Source: Verrucomicrobiota bacterium (lineage in GTDB: Bacteria > Verrucomicrobiota > Verrucomicrobiia > Opitutales > Cerasicoccaceae). Taken from it: 64,000 nucleotides of DNA. The notes under the pieces were generated by a model. It was not told the DNA's origin. It searched no databases and was given only the letters and a program-made list of their open reading frames with translations. The stretch is taken from the NCBI GenBank assembly GCA_039818205.1, contig JBCBUK010000004.1, forward strand, positions 200,302 through 264,301, in the 5' to 3' direction. Within the stretch, counting starts at the first letter, position 1. Each line of letters begins with the position of its first letter. This document shows, in pieces, positions 10,196 to 19,051 of the stretch. The position numbers were made by a program, and so were the translations under genes.

Positions 10196-11134
10196 TTAGA
10201 CGTTCATTGGATTGCGAGTGTCAACGACTTGATGGCCGGACGCTTCCAGCTTCTTCTGGAGCTCGTCGGAAACGGGCTTTAACCACGCAACGGCTGCTCC
10301 CATCGGGAGAGCAACTTCGTCTGGAAATTTTTTGTGTAACGCTTCTTGTTTTTCGATGCTATGGCGCAGCTTTTCGAAAATTGGATTCCCAGGCTCAGCG
10401 GGAGCAAACTCGCATTCGGGTATGTGGGTGTCCATGAATGGCTTCCAGGAGATTGCGGGTAGATTGGCTCCGCGTGCGACCTGCTCAAATTCCTCGCGCG
10501 AGAGGCGATAGAGATAGTTTCCGCTGTCTTCGTAGGCAGTGCCGGCACGTTCGATCTTCGATCCATCCTCGATATAGTCCTTTCGGCCAGCAATCGCGGA
10601 GATTAGTTTGGTAAGCTGTTGGGGCCGGCGAGGACGAGCGATGCGAAGCGTGGCGGCGGGCTCAATCAAGATGACGGCAGTCCGGGCGACTCGGCAGAGT
10701 TCGTAGAATGCCAGCCACGGCCGCGGACAATGATGGAATGCCTCCTTGCAGAAAATGACATCGAATGCGTTGTCTTCGAAGGAAAGCGTTTCCATGTTCT
10801 CGACAAAATATTGGTCGAAAAGGCCACGCTCTTTACCAGCGGCGAGCAGTGGCTCGGCGATGTCCGAAGGACAGATATTCTTGATGCCGAAAAGCTTCTT
10901 GATTCGAACGGCATCAAGACCAAAGCGGCCATCACCAACCGTGAGCCATCGGCTATCGGCGAAGGCCTCGGCCACAGGCTCGATCTGTTCATACATGTGC
11001 CGGTGACGCCAGAAATCGACGGTTGATTCATCAAACCAACTCTCACGAATGCCTGCGCGTTCCTCGTCACCTAGTTCTGCGGCATGGTGTTCTTGCTGCA
11101 GGCTATGTAGTTTCGAGACGTCATTGATGCTCAT
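10196..11134 (-). CDS. Class I SAM-dependent methyltransferase
   Basis: WLTVGDGRFGLDA (motif I variant), SDIAEPLL, ENMETLSFEDNAFDVIFCKEAFHH. Confidence 0.85.
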   Translation of the reverse strand: MSINDVSKLHSLQQEHHAAELGDEERAGIRESWFDESTVDFWRHRHMYEQIEPVAEAFADSRWLTVGDGRFGLDAVRIKKLFGIKNICPSDIAEPLLAAGKERGLFDQYFVENMETLSFEDNAFDVIFCKEAFHHCPRPWLAFYELCRVARTAVILIEPAATLRIARPRRPQQLTKLISAIAGRKDYIEDGSKIERAGTAYEDSGNYLYRLSREEFEQVARGANLPAISWKPFMDTHIPECEFAPAEPGNPIFEKLRHSIEKQEALHKKFPDEVALPMGAAVAWLKPVSDELQKKLEASGHQVVDTRNPMNV

Positions 11135-11153
11135 ATAGCAGTGAATCAATAAA

Positions 11154-11184
11154 TAAGGCGCGCTTGAGTTACAAGCGCGCCTTA
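11154..11184 (-). terminator. Intrinsic terminator after the PEP-CTERM gene
   Basis: TAAGGCGCGCTTG-AGTTA-CAAGCGCGCCTTA, a perfect 13-bp stem followed by a T-rich tract on the minus strand. Confidence 0.75.
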
Positions 11185-11225
11185 AAAAATTATCTGGCTA
11201 CTAATTGTCTTGCTTCAGGTCGCAA

Positions 11226-12056
11226 TTATGCGGCTGCGGGAGCTTGTTCCGAAACAATAGATGCCTTGCGGCGGCGATAGACGAAGTAAGCTAAGCTAAG
11301 AAATCCGAAGCCTGCAATGAAGGCCGATGGTTCTGGGATTACCGAAATGGTGACGTTGTCTATACCCACGCCATCGGAGAGGGTTCCGTTGAATGGAGCC
11401 GTAAAACCAACCAGGTAGAAGTCGTATGCAGCCGGGTTAGCAAGATCGATGCGCTGGTTTTCCCAAGTGTTAAGGGCACCGACGGAGTCGAAGTTGCCTA
11501 AAGCCAACTGAGTGAAATTCAAGCCTGGAGTCGCGAGGCGGTTGTTGTTGATGTTGATCGAATTCGTGGTCAGCGAAGTATTGAGATCAAGCAGCGATCC
11601 GGTGAATCCATATACGGCGTATTGGACGTTAGCGGAATTGCCGGTTGCTGCACCTGCGACTGGAGTTCCGGTTCCGAAATTGTCGACGTAGGTCGAGAGA
11701 ACCGATACATCGACAGTAAGCTTACCAAACTGCTGCCCAGAAGCGAAAAGGTTCCAAGCGGTTGAATCGCGGACATAGCTTCCATTATCGGCGAGGAAAA
11801 AGCCATTTGGGTTACCCGAAGTCGAGCTATTGTTGAACGCGCCAACCGCGGAGATACCCGCGTTGAACGTCGCTCCGGTATTACCCAGGGAAACCCAGCC
11901 GCCATCGACGTCTGCCGTTGAAAGTGTGTATCCGAGAGAATTTGCGCTTCTCAGGGAGCTGCTGCTAAAGTCACCGTTGATAATGAGGCCCGCTGAGGCC
12001 GATGAAATCAGGGCTAGCGTGGCAGCAGATGTAGCAATAATTTTGCGATTTATCAT
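11226..12056 (-). CDS. PEP-CTERM surface protein
   Basis: Signal peptide ...ASA|GLIINGDFS; C-terminal VIPEPSAFIAGFGFLSLAYFVYRRRK. Confidence 0.93.
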   Translation of the reverse strand: MINRKIIATSAATLALISSASAGLIINGDFSSSSLRSANSLGYTLSTADVDGGWVSLGNTGATFNAGISAVGAFNNSSTSGNPNGFFLADNGSYVRDSTAWNLFASGQQFGKLTVDVSVLSTYVDNFGTGTPVAGAATGNSANVQYAVYGFTGSLLDLNTSLTTNSININNNRLATPGLNFTQLALGNFDSVGALNTWENQRIDLANPAAYDFYLVGFTAPFNGTLSDGVGIDNVTISVIPEPSAFIAGFGFLSLAYFVYRRRKASIVSEQAPAAA

Positions 12057-12092
12057 AGTTAGTAGCGATAATTCGGTGTTAAATCTTCTTTA

Positions 12093-12121
12093 AAAATGCC
12101 CGATCGACTCAGGTGAGTCAA
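12093..12121 (-). promoter_or_regulatory. Sigma70-type promoter candidate TTGACT-N17-CATTTT, overlapped by the palindrome GACTCA-GG-TGAGTC
   Basis: Read directly; the palindrome is at 12106-12119. Confidence 0.5.
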
Positions 12122-12468
12122 GGTTAAGATCTAGGAAATCTAAGTTTGCCGATTAGGAACGTTACGCTTGGGTTAACATCTCTATTTCGCTCAATAATAG
12201 TGATTTGCGGGATTTTTTTTCCTAAGTTGTTGCGCGATTTTTGCGTTTTCGAAGCCGCTTTGAGGTTTGCGACGCATTAAGCGCAGCTCGAATTGAGCCG
12301 CAATTTCAATTATTACATTTGTTTCGTAAGCCTGCTAAATGAGAACAAATTTGTCCCCTAGTCGCTCAGATTTGCGAATAATTGTTTATCAAGTTGACGA
12401 ATTTCGGGCGGAACACTTTAGATTCCACTTAAAAGGTCGTTTATATGGGAAGTTTACCCTAATAGACG

Positions 12469-13764
12469 ATGTCCTTTAATGTTTCTACCTATACGATGGA
12501 CAGAGCAGTAACCGCTGGCAAGGTAATTGATTATTGCTGGGCCAGTTTTTCCTCCAGGTTGGCGATGCTTTGTTTTCTGGCGTTAGCCGTTCAGGTTGCT
12601 TCGGCCGGTACTTTGACAATCTCCGAGGAGGATCCATTTTACGGAGATTATGTCATCTCGACTCTGGATGCGTCAGGGGGTTACGAGCGCGTAATTTCAC
12701 CTCAGCGCCACCTGGAGCGGGACGTGATTTTGGGGCAGTCATTTACGGCTGATGACTATTTTGACCTTCGTAGTATTACCTTCGCAATCGAGACTGATGA
12801 GAAGCACGTAATTAACATTCACGACTCCCCGCGGGCCCCAAAGATTGAGTTGGCTCTCGTCAAGTTTGTGGATGGCGGTGACACCAGATTGGTTCGGCAA
12901 GAATCCTTTTCCCTTGCTGGAATGAATTACAGCGGTTTGCGCTACGCCACGCTCACATTTGATACACCAATTCCGATCAAGGCGGGCCAGCAATATGGTA
13001 TCGGTATTTGGTTTAATCGCGAATTCATTTGGAAGTGGTGCTTTCCCATTCATCGCAGCGCTATGATGGATGACCTTCATCCTGGCGGAGCGGCCTTCTT
13101 TTTATCACGGACGGCCAGTGAGCGTGATGCATCGAAGTATCCACTAATTGAGCCTTGGAGTCACGGGAGGCCAAATCCTTTGGATCACGCTTTTGGCCTT
13201 TCCGAGCGTGGAATCGAATCCAGCGCAGAACCGGAAATTATTGTGGCTGCTGCGCCTGCACAGGCAGCCGAAATAGCTGACATTCCGCCCGCAGTTGGAT
13301 CACCTGCAGGTGCTTCGAAAGTTGACCAGACTCCATCTTCCAAGAGTTCGCCTCCAGCAGAGGTTGACTATGTTGTGGTATTGTTGGCTTCAGCTGCCCT
13401 CGGACTGGGCGTTGGATTTGGTGCGGTCGCTCTAATTTTCAAGCGCATGAACGCGAAGCAAGTCGCTGCTCCGATCGATGAGGCAGGTGAGGTTACTTCC
13501 CGGGAACTGATTTTCCGTGTTGTAGAATCAGCCCCAGCGCCGGTGTCCAACCCTCCTCCAGCCAAAGCGAAGAAGGCGATGGTTAAACCTGCCAAGATTC
13601 CTCCTCAGGTCACACCGGAATTGGAAGAGGAAACGTCTTCGAAGCCACCTGAAGGGTCTGGATTCGAGGACATCGATCCAGAGGATTTGGATGTCGGATC
13701 AATGCGCAAGATTATCGAGTCTAAGCGGAAACACTATAAAAAGATCGATCTTCACACGGAGTAG
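12469..13764 (+). CDS. Hypothetical single-pass membrane protein (exported beta domain, Pro/Ala/Ser linker, TM helix, Pro/charged tail); true start probably downstream
   Basis: Signal-like LAMLCFLALAVQVASA; LGQSFT-containing domain; TM YVVVLLASAALGLGVGFGAVALIF followed by KR. Confidence 0.7.
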   Translation: MSFNVSTYTMDRAVTAGKVIDYCWASFSSRLAMLCFLALAVQVASAGTLTISEEDPFYGDYVISTLDASGGYERVISPQRHLERDVILGQSFTADDYFDLRSITFAIETDEKHVINIHDSPRAPKIELALVKFVDGGDTRLVRQESFSLAGMNYSGLRYATLTFDTPIPIKAGQQYGIGIWFNREFIWKWCFPIHRSAMMDDLHPGGAAFFLSRTASERDASKYPLIEPWSHGRPNPLDHAFGLSERGIESSAEPEIIVAAAPAQAAEIADIPPAVGSPAGASKVDQTPSSKSSPPAEVDYVVVLLASAALGLGVGFGAVALIFKRMNAKQVAAPIDEAGEVTSRELIFRVVESAPAPVSNPPPAKAKKAMVKPAKIPPQVTPELEEETSSKPPEGSGFEDIDPEDLDVGSMRKIIESKRKHYKKIDLHTE

Positions 13765-13905
13765 CCGGCGGCGAACCTCAATGTCCGTTTCAGGAATGAT
13801 CGCTGACTGTATCGACTGATTTTAAACGGCTAGATTGATTTGTTAGAAAACTGATTGCCAAGGATTCGTCTAGTTGGCGAAGTAGGGGATTGTCGCCTTG
13901 GGTAG

Positions 13906-14721
13906 ATGAGAATTCTAATCGTTTCAGTCGTTAGTTTCATATCAATGCTTTGTCATGCAGAGTATTTGTTTGAAGGCGATTTTGAATCGGGAGAATTGAG
14001 TGGTGATCGCTACCGCGTGACTTGGTATCCGGTCAATGAAGGGCCTTATCCGGAAATTGTAAGCGCTCCCGTGCGTTCGGGAAACTATGCGGTCAGGTTT
14101 CGCCAAGAATTCGGTTGGGGAGGGGATGAAGAGAGTAATCGTGCGGAGGTTCATACGCGTCGTGTCGACAATGGGAGCGAGCGTGGTTTCTTTCAACACC
14201 ATGGGGAAAATTGGATCCGGTTTAGCCTTTATCTGGATGAAAGCTGGGCCAATGATACCGCCCCTGAGCTGGTATTTCAGTTGCATGGTGATAGAGATTC
14301 GGCCGAAGAGCCTTACCGTTCTCCACCGCTTGCGCTTTACATCAAAGATAATGCTTGGTATTGGATAATTCGTTGGGATGTGAAGCCGATTTCGACGACA
14401 GTTGGGGGTGGCGGCACGCGGCGTGTTTGGGAAGCTCCCTATGAGAAAGGGCGCTGGGTGGACTGGGTGATCCATGCCCGATGGTCCCACCAGAAAGATG
14501 GGGTCGGATTTATGAAGATTTGGAAAGACGGTAAGCTGGTCGTCGATGACCGTGGCCCCAACATGTTCAATGATTCGGCAGGGATGAAAGGGCCCCAATT
14601 TGGGATTTATAAATGGCCGTGGCTCAAAGGGCCGAGCGACGTGCACGAACGCATCGTTTTCTTTGACGACGTTTTTGTCGGTGACCATCGTAGCCCAATG
14701 GAACCGCATCTAAGTAACTGA
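13906..14721 (+). CDS. Polysaccharide lyase, jelly-roll (PF14099 / heparin-lyase-I-like family)
   Basis: Signal peptide; DFESG, RSGNYAVRF, NRAEVH, FQLH, SPPLAL, KGRWVDWVIH, QFGIYK, FDDV motifs. Confidence 0.8.
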   Translation: MRILIVSVVSFISMLCHAEYLFEGDFESGELSGDRYRVTWYPVNEGPYPEIVSAPVRSGNYAVRFRQEFGWGGDEESNRAEVHTRRVDNGSERGFFQHHGENWIRFSLYLDESWANDTAPELVFQLHGDRDSAEEPYRSPPLALYIKDNAWYWIIRWDVKPISTTVGGGGTRRVWEAPYEKGRWVDWVIHARWSHQKDGVGFMKIWKDGKLVVDDRGPNMFNDSAGMKGPQFGIYKWPWLKGPSDVHERIVFFDDVFVGDHRSPMEPHLSN

Positions 14722-14862
14722 TTGAGGGCAAATTTAATGCCTTCCGCGGCAGTCAGATCGCCAATGAGGAAAACGGGCGCTGTTCCGACTAGACCTTGTC
14801 GTTGGGTAACTCAGTTCAAACGTTACTTTGATCCAGCCAGTTTGCGTTTATGTGGATAATGT

Positions 14863-15200
14863 TTATTCCGACACGTTCCAGCAACCATTGATATATGACG
14901 CAACAATTCGTTTTTCGTGGAGAACACGAAACGATTCGAAGTCCTTCCAAATAACTTGAATCTTGTTAGATAACACTGTGCCCGGGTTCAGGAGACTCAA
15001 GGACTTATTGAGGAGCAGGGACAGGGGTCGGAAAAAATCAAATGATTCACTTAGGTTCAATGAGCTTGTAACAATTTTCTCACCATTATCAATGAAGAGC
15101 AAATCCATCTGCTCCGGTTCAAGCCGCCAATGATCAAAGTGGTGTTGTCGAGCTCACTACTATACCAACCGATCAACACGGATAGACAATCAAATGTCAT
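14863..15200 (-). pseudogene. Possible frameshifted gene remnant next to the tRNA 3' end
   Basis: AT-richer DNA. ATG 15200 reads MTFDCLSVLIGWYSSELDNTTLIIGG; a 1-nt shift near 15122 would join it to LEPEQMDLLFIDNGEK...WNVSE*. No recognisable family. Confidence 0.25.
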
Positions 15201-15486
15201 GGCTCAAATTACGTAAGCCCGACTAAATTCACTTGAGATTGAGCTGAAGTTGTGGGTGTGGACCAACTCAAAGCAACTATACGACAACGAATTGTTGAAT
15301 CAACTGCCACGCCTATGTGAGGACCCGAAATTGGACGTATAGTACGACAAGATTCAGTCCCTGAGGGGCAAACACAGTCACAACCTGACACAAACGGATG
15401 TATCAAAGAAATTGTGCAAGAGACTGTTAACCAGGCGGTTAGCCGCTTGCTGACGCAGCTGGGCGTCTCTAGGCATTTGGGCCAAA

Positions 15487-15563
15487 TGGTAGACGGTACA
15501 GGACTCGAACCTGTGACATCCTCGGTGTAAACGAGGCGCTCTAGCCAACTGAGCTAACCGTCC
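15487..15563 (-). tRNA. tRNA-Val (anticodon TAC), CCA encoded
   Basis: Reverse complement GGACGGTTAGCTCAGTTGGCTAGAGCGCCTCGTTTACACCGAGGATGTCACAGGTTCGAGTCCTGTACCGTCTACCA forms a cloverleaf; anticodon arm CCTCG-TT-TAC-AC-CGAGG. Confidence 0.97.
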
Positions 15564-15694
15564 GTTAGGGAAAGATGGGAAAAATGAACGTTTCGTGGCG
15601 GCGTTCAAGGAAAAACTTTCTAATATTGAGAAAATAATCCGATTTTTTGCTTCCTTCGAGGCGTGTGATGCGTCATTTTCCCCGACTTTTCCTC

Positions 15695-16201
15695 ATGCGT
15701 CACACGATCTCAGCCCTCGTAGAAAACAAATTCGGTGTCCTTGCTCGCATCGCTGGTATGTTCAGCGGTCGCGGATTTAACATCGACACCCTCAACGTCG
15801 GCCCAACCCACGATCCCAAATACTCGCGCATCACGATTGTGTTGCGTGCAGAGGAGCATTCGTTGGACCAGGCCATTAAGCAGCTCGATCGCCTGGTCAA
15901 TGTCATCGAGATTACCCACTTCGAGGCTCGCACCTCGTTTGTGGCGCGCGAATTGGTCATGTTAAAGGTCGCTGCTAGCCGCGAAACGCGGTCTGAGATC
16001 ATTGAGATCTGCGACATATTCCGCGCAAAGGTGATCGACGTCAGCACGGATGCCATGATCATCGAGTGCACCGGAAACGAAAACAAGATCCGCGCTTTTC
16101 TGGAATTAATTACGCCGTTTGGCATCTTAGAGTTGGCACGCACGGGGAACGTCGCATTGTTGCGCGGACCTCGGAACGATGACACCGAAGACGCTGACTA
16201 A
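15695..16201 (+). CDS. ilvN: Acetolactate synthase small (regulatory) subunit
   Basis: MRHTISALVENKFGVLARIAGMFSGRGFNIDTLNV (ACT domain), RELVMLKV, FGILELARTG. Confidence 0.95.
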   Translation: MRHTISALVENKFGVLARIAGMFSGRGFNIDTLNVGPTHDPKYSRITIVLRAEEHSLDQAIKQLDRLVNVIEITHFEARTSFVARELVMLKVAASRETRSEIIEICDIFRAKVIDVSTDAMIIECTGNENKIRAFLELITPFGILELARTGNVALLRGPRNDDTEDAD

Positions 16202-16304
16202 TTTAAAATAAAACGAAATTTGCCGCTGGCGTTCGAATCCCGGTGAATCCCGGAGATGAGAAATCCGAGCGGCCGTCGAAAACCGAAAAAGGAAAACCCA
16301 AACA

Positions 16305-17339
16305 ATGCCCGCAAAAGTATATACGGACACGGACGCTGACTTGAGCGTCCTTCAAGGTAAAACCCTTGCTGTCATCGGCTATGGTTCACAGGGTCATGCC
16401 CATGCGTTGAACCTTAAGGATAGCGGCCTGAATGTCATCATCGGCCTCTACGAGGGAAGTAAGTCGATCGCAGTCGCCCAGAAGCAGGGCTTCGAGGTCT
16501 TCACCACCGCGGAAGCGGTCCAGAAGGCAGATGTCATCATGATCGCTCTGCCTGACATGGTTCAGGCGAAGGTCTATAAGGAAGACATCGAACCCAACCT
16601 CAGCGAAGGTAAGACCCTTCTGTTCACGCACGGCCTGGCGATTCACTACGGCCTCATTACTCCGCCGACCAACGTTAGCGTTATCATGGTTGCGCCTAAG
16701 GGCCCTGGCCATGTTGTTCGCACTCAATATGTTGAAGGCAAGGGTGTTCCATCCTTGATTGCGATCCTCGAAGGTTCCGCTTCAGACTCTCGCGACATTG
16801 CGCTCGCTTGGGCGAAGGGCATAGGTGGCAGCCGCGCTGGCGTTATCGAAACAACCTTTAAGGAAGAAGTTGAAACTGACCTCTTTGGTGAGCAAGCCGT
16901 TCTTTGCGGTGGCGCCAGTGCGTTGGTTATGGCTGGTTTTGAAACCCTCGTTGAAGCGGGTTACCAACCAGAGATGGCTTACTTCGAGTGTTTGCACGAG
17001 CTGAAGCTCATCGTTGACTTGATGGTTGAGTCCGGTGTTAGCGGTATGCGTTTCTCGATCTCCGAGACTGCCGAATACGGTGACTACGTTTCTGGTCCAC
17101 GCGTGATCAACGACGAGTCTAAGAAGGCAATGCGTCAGATCCTTACTGAGATTCAAGACGGCACTTTCACCAAGAACTGGGTGGCGGAATACGAGGCAGG
17201 TAACCCGAACTTCAAGCGTTTCCGCGAAGAGGGTCAGGCTCATCAAATCGAATCCGTTGGTAAGCACCTTCGTTCTTTGATGCCTTGGGTGCCAAAGAAG
17301 GAAATCGGCGCTACTCAAGCCGAATACACCTCGGCATAA
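16305..17339 (+). CDS. ilvC: Ketol-acid reductoisomerase
   Basis: [56 protein letters not shown]. Confidence 0.98.
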   Translation: MPAKVYTDTDADLSVLQGKTLAVIGYGSQGHAHALNLKDSGLNVIIGLYEGSKSIAVAQKQGFEVFTTAEAVQKADVIMIALPDMVQAKVYKEDIEPNLSEGKTLLFTHGLAIHYGLITPPTNVSVIMVAPKGPGHVVRTQYVEGKGVPSLIAILEGSASDSRDIALAWAKGIGGSRAGVIETTFKEEVETDLFGEQAVLCGGASALVMAGFETLVEAGYQPEMAYFECLHELKLIVDLMVESGVSGMRFSISETAEYGDYVSGPRVINDESKKAMRQILTEIQDGTFTKNWVAEYEAGNPNFKRFREEGQAHQIESVGKHLRSLMPWVPKKEIGATQAEYTSA

Positions 17340-17373
17340 AGTCGATCAAAACGATCAACAGATGACCACTTTC

Positions 17374-17403
17374 AACGGGAGAGCCACCATGCTCTCCCGT
17401 TTC
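17374..17403 (+). terminator. Intrinsic terminator after ilvC
   Basis: AACGGGAGAGC-CACCAT-GCTCTCCCGTT stem. Confidence 0.65.
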
Positions 17404-17441
17404 CCGTTTATAAGCTGGAAGGTTTGCCGAAGTAAACAGCG

Positions 17442-18158
17442 ATGAAACTTGAAGAGCACAGTGTGAGTAGCCGCGATGGCGCTTATACCCGCAAGGTTTG
17501 GATGCGGCCGGGGCCAGTCGACCGCGTGCATCCGCTCGCTATCTTCCTGGATGCTGAATACTACCTGCGGGATATGGACTCACCTCAGATGCTGGAAGGT
17601 TTAATGGAATCGTCTGCGATTCCCGAGTTGACGATTCTATTCGTCTCACATGTGGACGTTCCCGCTCGGGTAGAAAATTTTACCTGCAACCCAAGATACG
17701 CGTCCTTTATCGCGGAGGACTTGTTCGGTTGGGCGCGGGAGCAAAATGCTTCGATCCAAGCCTCCAATAACTTGATTTCGGGTTTGAGCCTGAGTGGTCT
17801 GCAGGGTGTTTTTACGGCACTCAGCTACCCACAAAAGTTTTCTTACTGCCTTGCCCAATCTGGCTCATTTTGGTGGGAGGATTGCCGCTTGATTGGAGAG
17901 ATCGCAAACTATGCGGCAAGCGGTCAACGCTATTGGTTAAGTGTTGGCGATGAAGAAGTGGCGACGCATATCGATCGTCCCCAAATAGGGCTTTACCAGG
18001 AAGTCAGTCAGATAGAAGGCGTTACGCGAACTGCGGACGCGTTACGGACCATTGGAGCCGAGGTGTCCTACCACCTTTTTAAAGGCGGACATGCTCCAGC
18101 TCCATGGAGTGACGATTTACCAAAGGGCATGCAGTGGCTCTTTGGTTCGAATAACTAA
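17442..18158 (+). CDS. Alpha/beta-hydrolase, Fes/putative esterase family
   Basis: GLSLSG nucleophile elbow, QSGSFWW, LSVGDEE, C-terminal FKGGH. Confidence 0.8.
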   Translation: MKLEEHSVSSRDGAYTRKVWMRPGPVDRVHPLAIFLDAEYYLRDMDSPQMLEGLMESSAIPELTILFVSHVDVPARVENFTCNPRYASFIAEDLFGWAREQNASIQASNNLISGLSLSGLQGVFTALSYPQKFSYCLAQSGSFWWEDCRLIGEIANYAASGQRYWLSVGDEEVATHIDRPQIGLYQEVSQIEGVTRTADALRTIGAEVSYHLFKGGHAPAPWSDDLPKGMQWLFGSNN

Positions 18159-18162
18159 GAAT

Positions 18163-19023
18163 ATGTCTACGGAAAAAATCATCCTCGCGACCCGACGTAG
18201 TGCGTTGGCACTTTGCCAAGCAAAGATGGCGCAGGCGCATGTGTCGAATACCTTCGCCGGTAGCGAAGCCGAGCTCAAAGAGTTCGTTACCACCGGCGAT
18301 AAGAAGACACAGTGGTCCCTCGAGAAAGAAGGCGGCAAGGGACTTTTCACCAAAGAACTGGAAGAAGCCTTGTTGGCCGGTGAGGCAGATCTTGCTGTGC
18401 ACTCGGCAAAGGACCTGCCCACTGAGATGCCCGAGGGCTTGGCACTGGCGGCATTCATGCCACGCGAAGTTGTCCACGATGTGATGGTCGTTAAGTCCGG
18501 CGTGGAAAAGCTTTGTTTCATTGCTTCAAGCAGCCCGCGTCGTCGCCAGCAAATCAAGGATCTGCATCCCTGTGCGGTATGGAGCGAGATTCGAGGCAAC
18601 GTGGAAACGCGCCTGCGAAAGATTGCTAGCGGTCAGGCTGAAGCCACAATTTTGGCGGCAGCTGGCTTGAAGCGATTGGGCATCCATGAGTTCGAGGGAG
18701 TTGAGTTTAGGCCGCTTTCTATCGAAGAAGTCGTTCCTGCTGTAGGGCAGGGGGCAATTGCTTTGCAATGCAGAGTGGCGGACGTTGAGAAGTTTTCCGC
18801 ATTGTCTGATCCGGCAACTGAGTACGCGGTAACGTTGGAGCGGAAGTTCCTCGCAGCAATGGGTGGCGGATGTCACTCAGCAACCGCCGGTCATGTTGTC
18901 GACGGCAAGCTTCATGTCTTTCACGAAGAGACTCGTCGGCAGGTGTTTGATCTCCCTGAGGGCGGGGCAAGTGTGGACGCCTGGCTTATGGAAGTCGTTG
19001 CGCAGGTGGAGCCAAAAGATTAA
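18163..19023 (+). CDS. hemC: Hydroxymethylbilane synthase (porphobilinogen deaminase)
   Basis: ATRRSALALCQ, GGKGLFTKELE, DLAVHSAKDLP, RGNVETRL, PAVGQGAI, GGGC cofactor Cys. Confidence 0.95.
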   Translation: MSTEKIILATRRSALALCQAKMAQAHVSNTFAGSEAELKEFVTTGDKKTQWSLEKEGGKGLFTKELEEALLAGEADLAVHSAKDLPTEMPEGLALAAFMPREVVHDVMVVKSGVEKLCFIASSSPRRRQQIKDLHPCAVWSEIRGNVETRLRKIASGQAEATILAAAGLKRLGIHEFEGVEFRPLSIEEVVPAVGQGAIALQCRVADVEKFSALSDPATEYAVTLERKFLAAMGGGCHSATAGHVVDGKLHVFHEETRRQVFDLPEGGASVDAWLMEVVAQVEPKD

Positions 19024-19051
19024 TTTAAGCAAAGCGAATTAGCAATTATCC

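Noticed and set aside
13942..14709. 255-aa ORF antisense to the polysaccharide lyase
   Set aside because: Lies wholly opposite a well-motifed gene; reads as a codon-mirror artefact.
5400..15486. Prophage or integrative element at tRNA-Val
   Set aside because: No integrase, phage genes or duplicated tRNA 3' end (att) seen.
16230..16245. Second tRNA or tRNA fragment (GTTCGAATCCC)
   Set aside because: No acceptor, D or anticodon arms can be built around it; treated as part of a hairpin instead.
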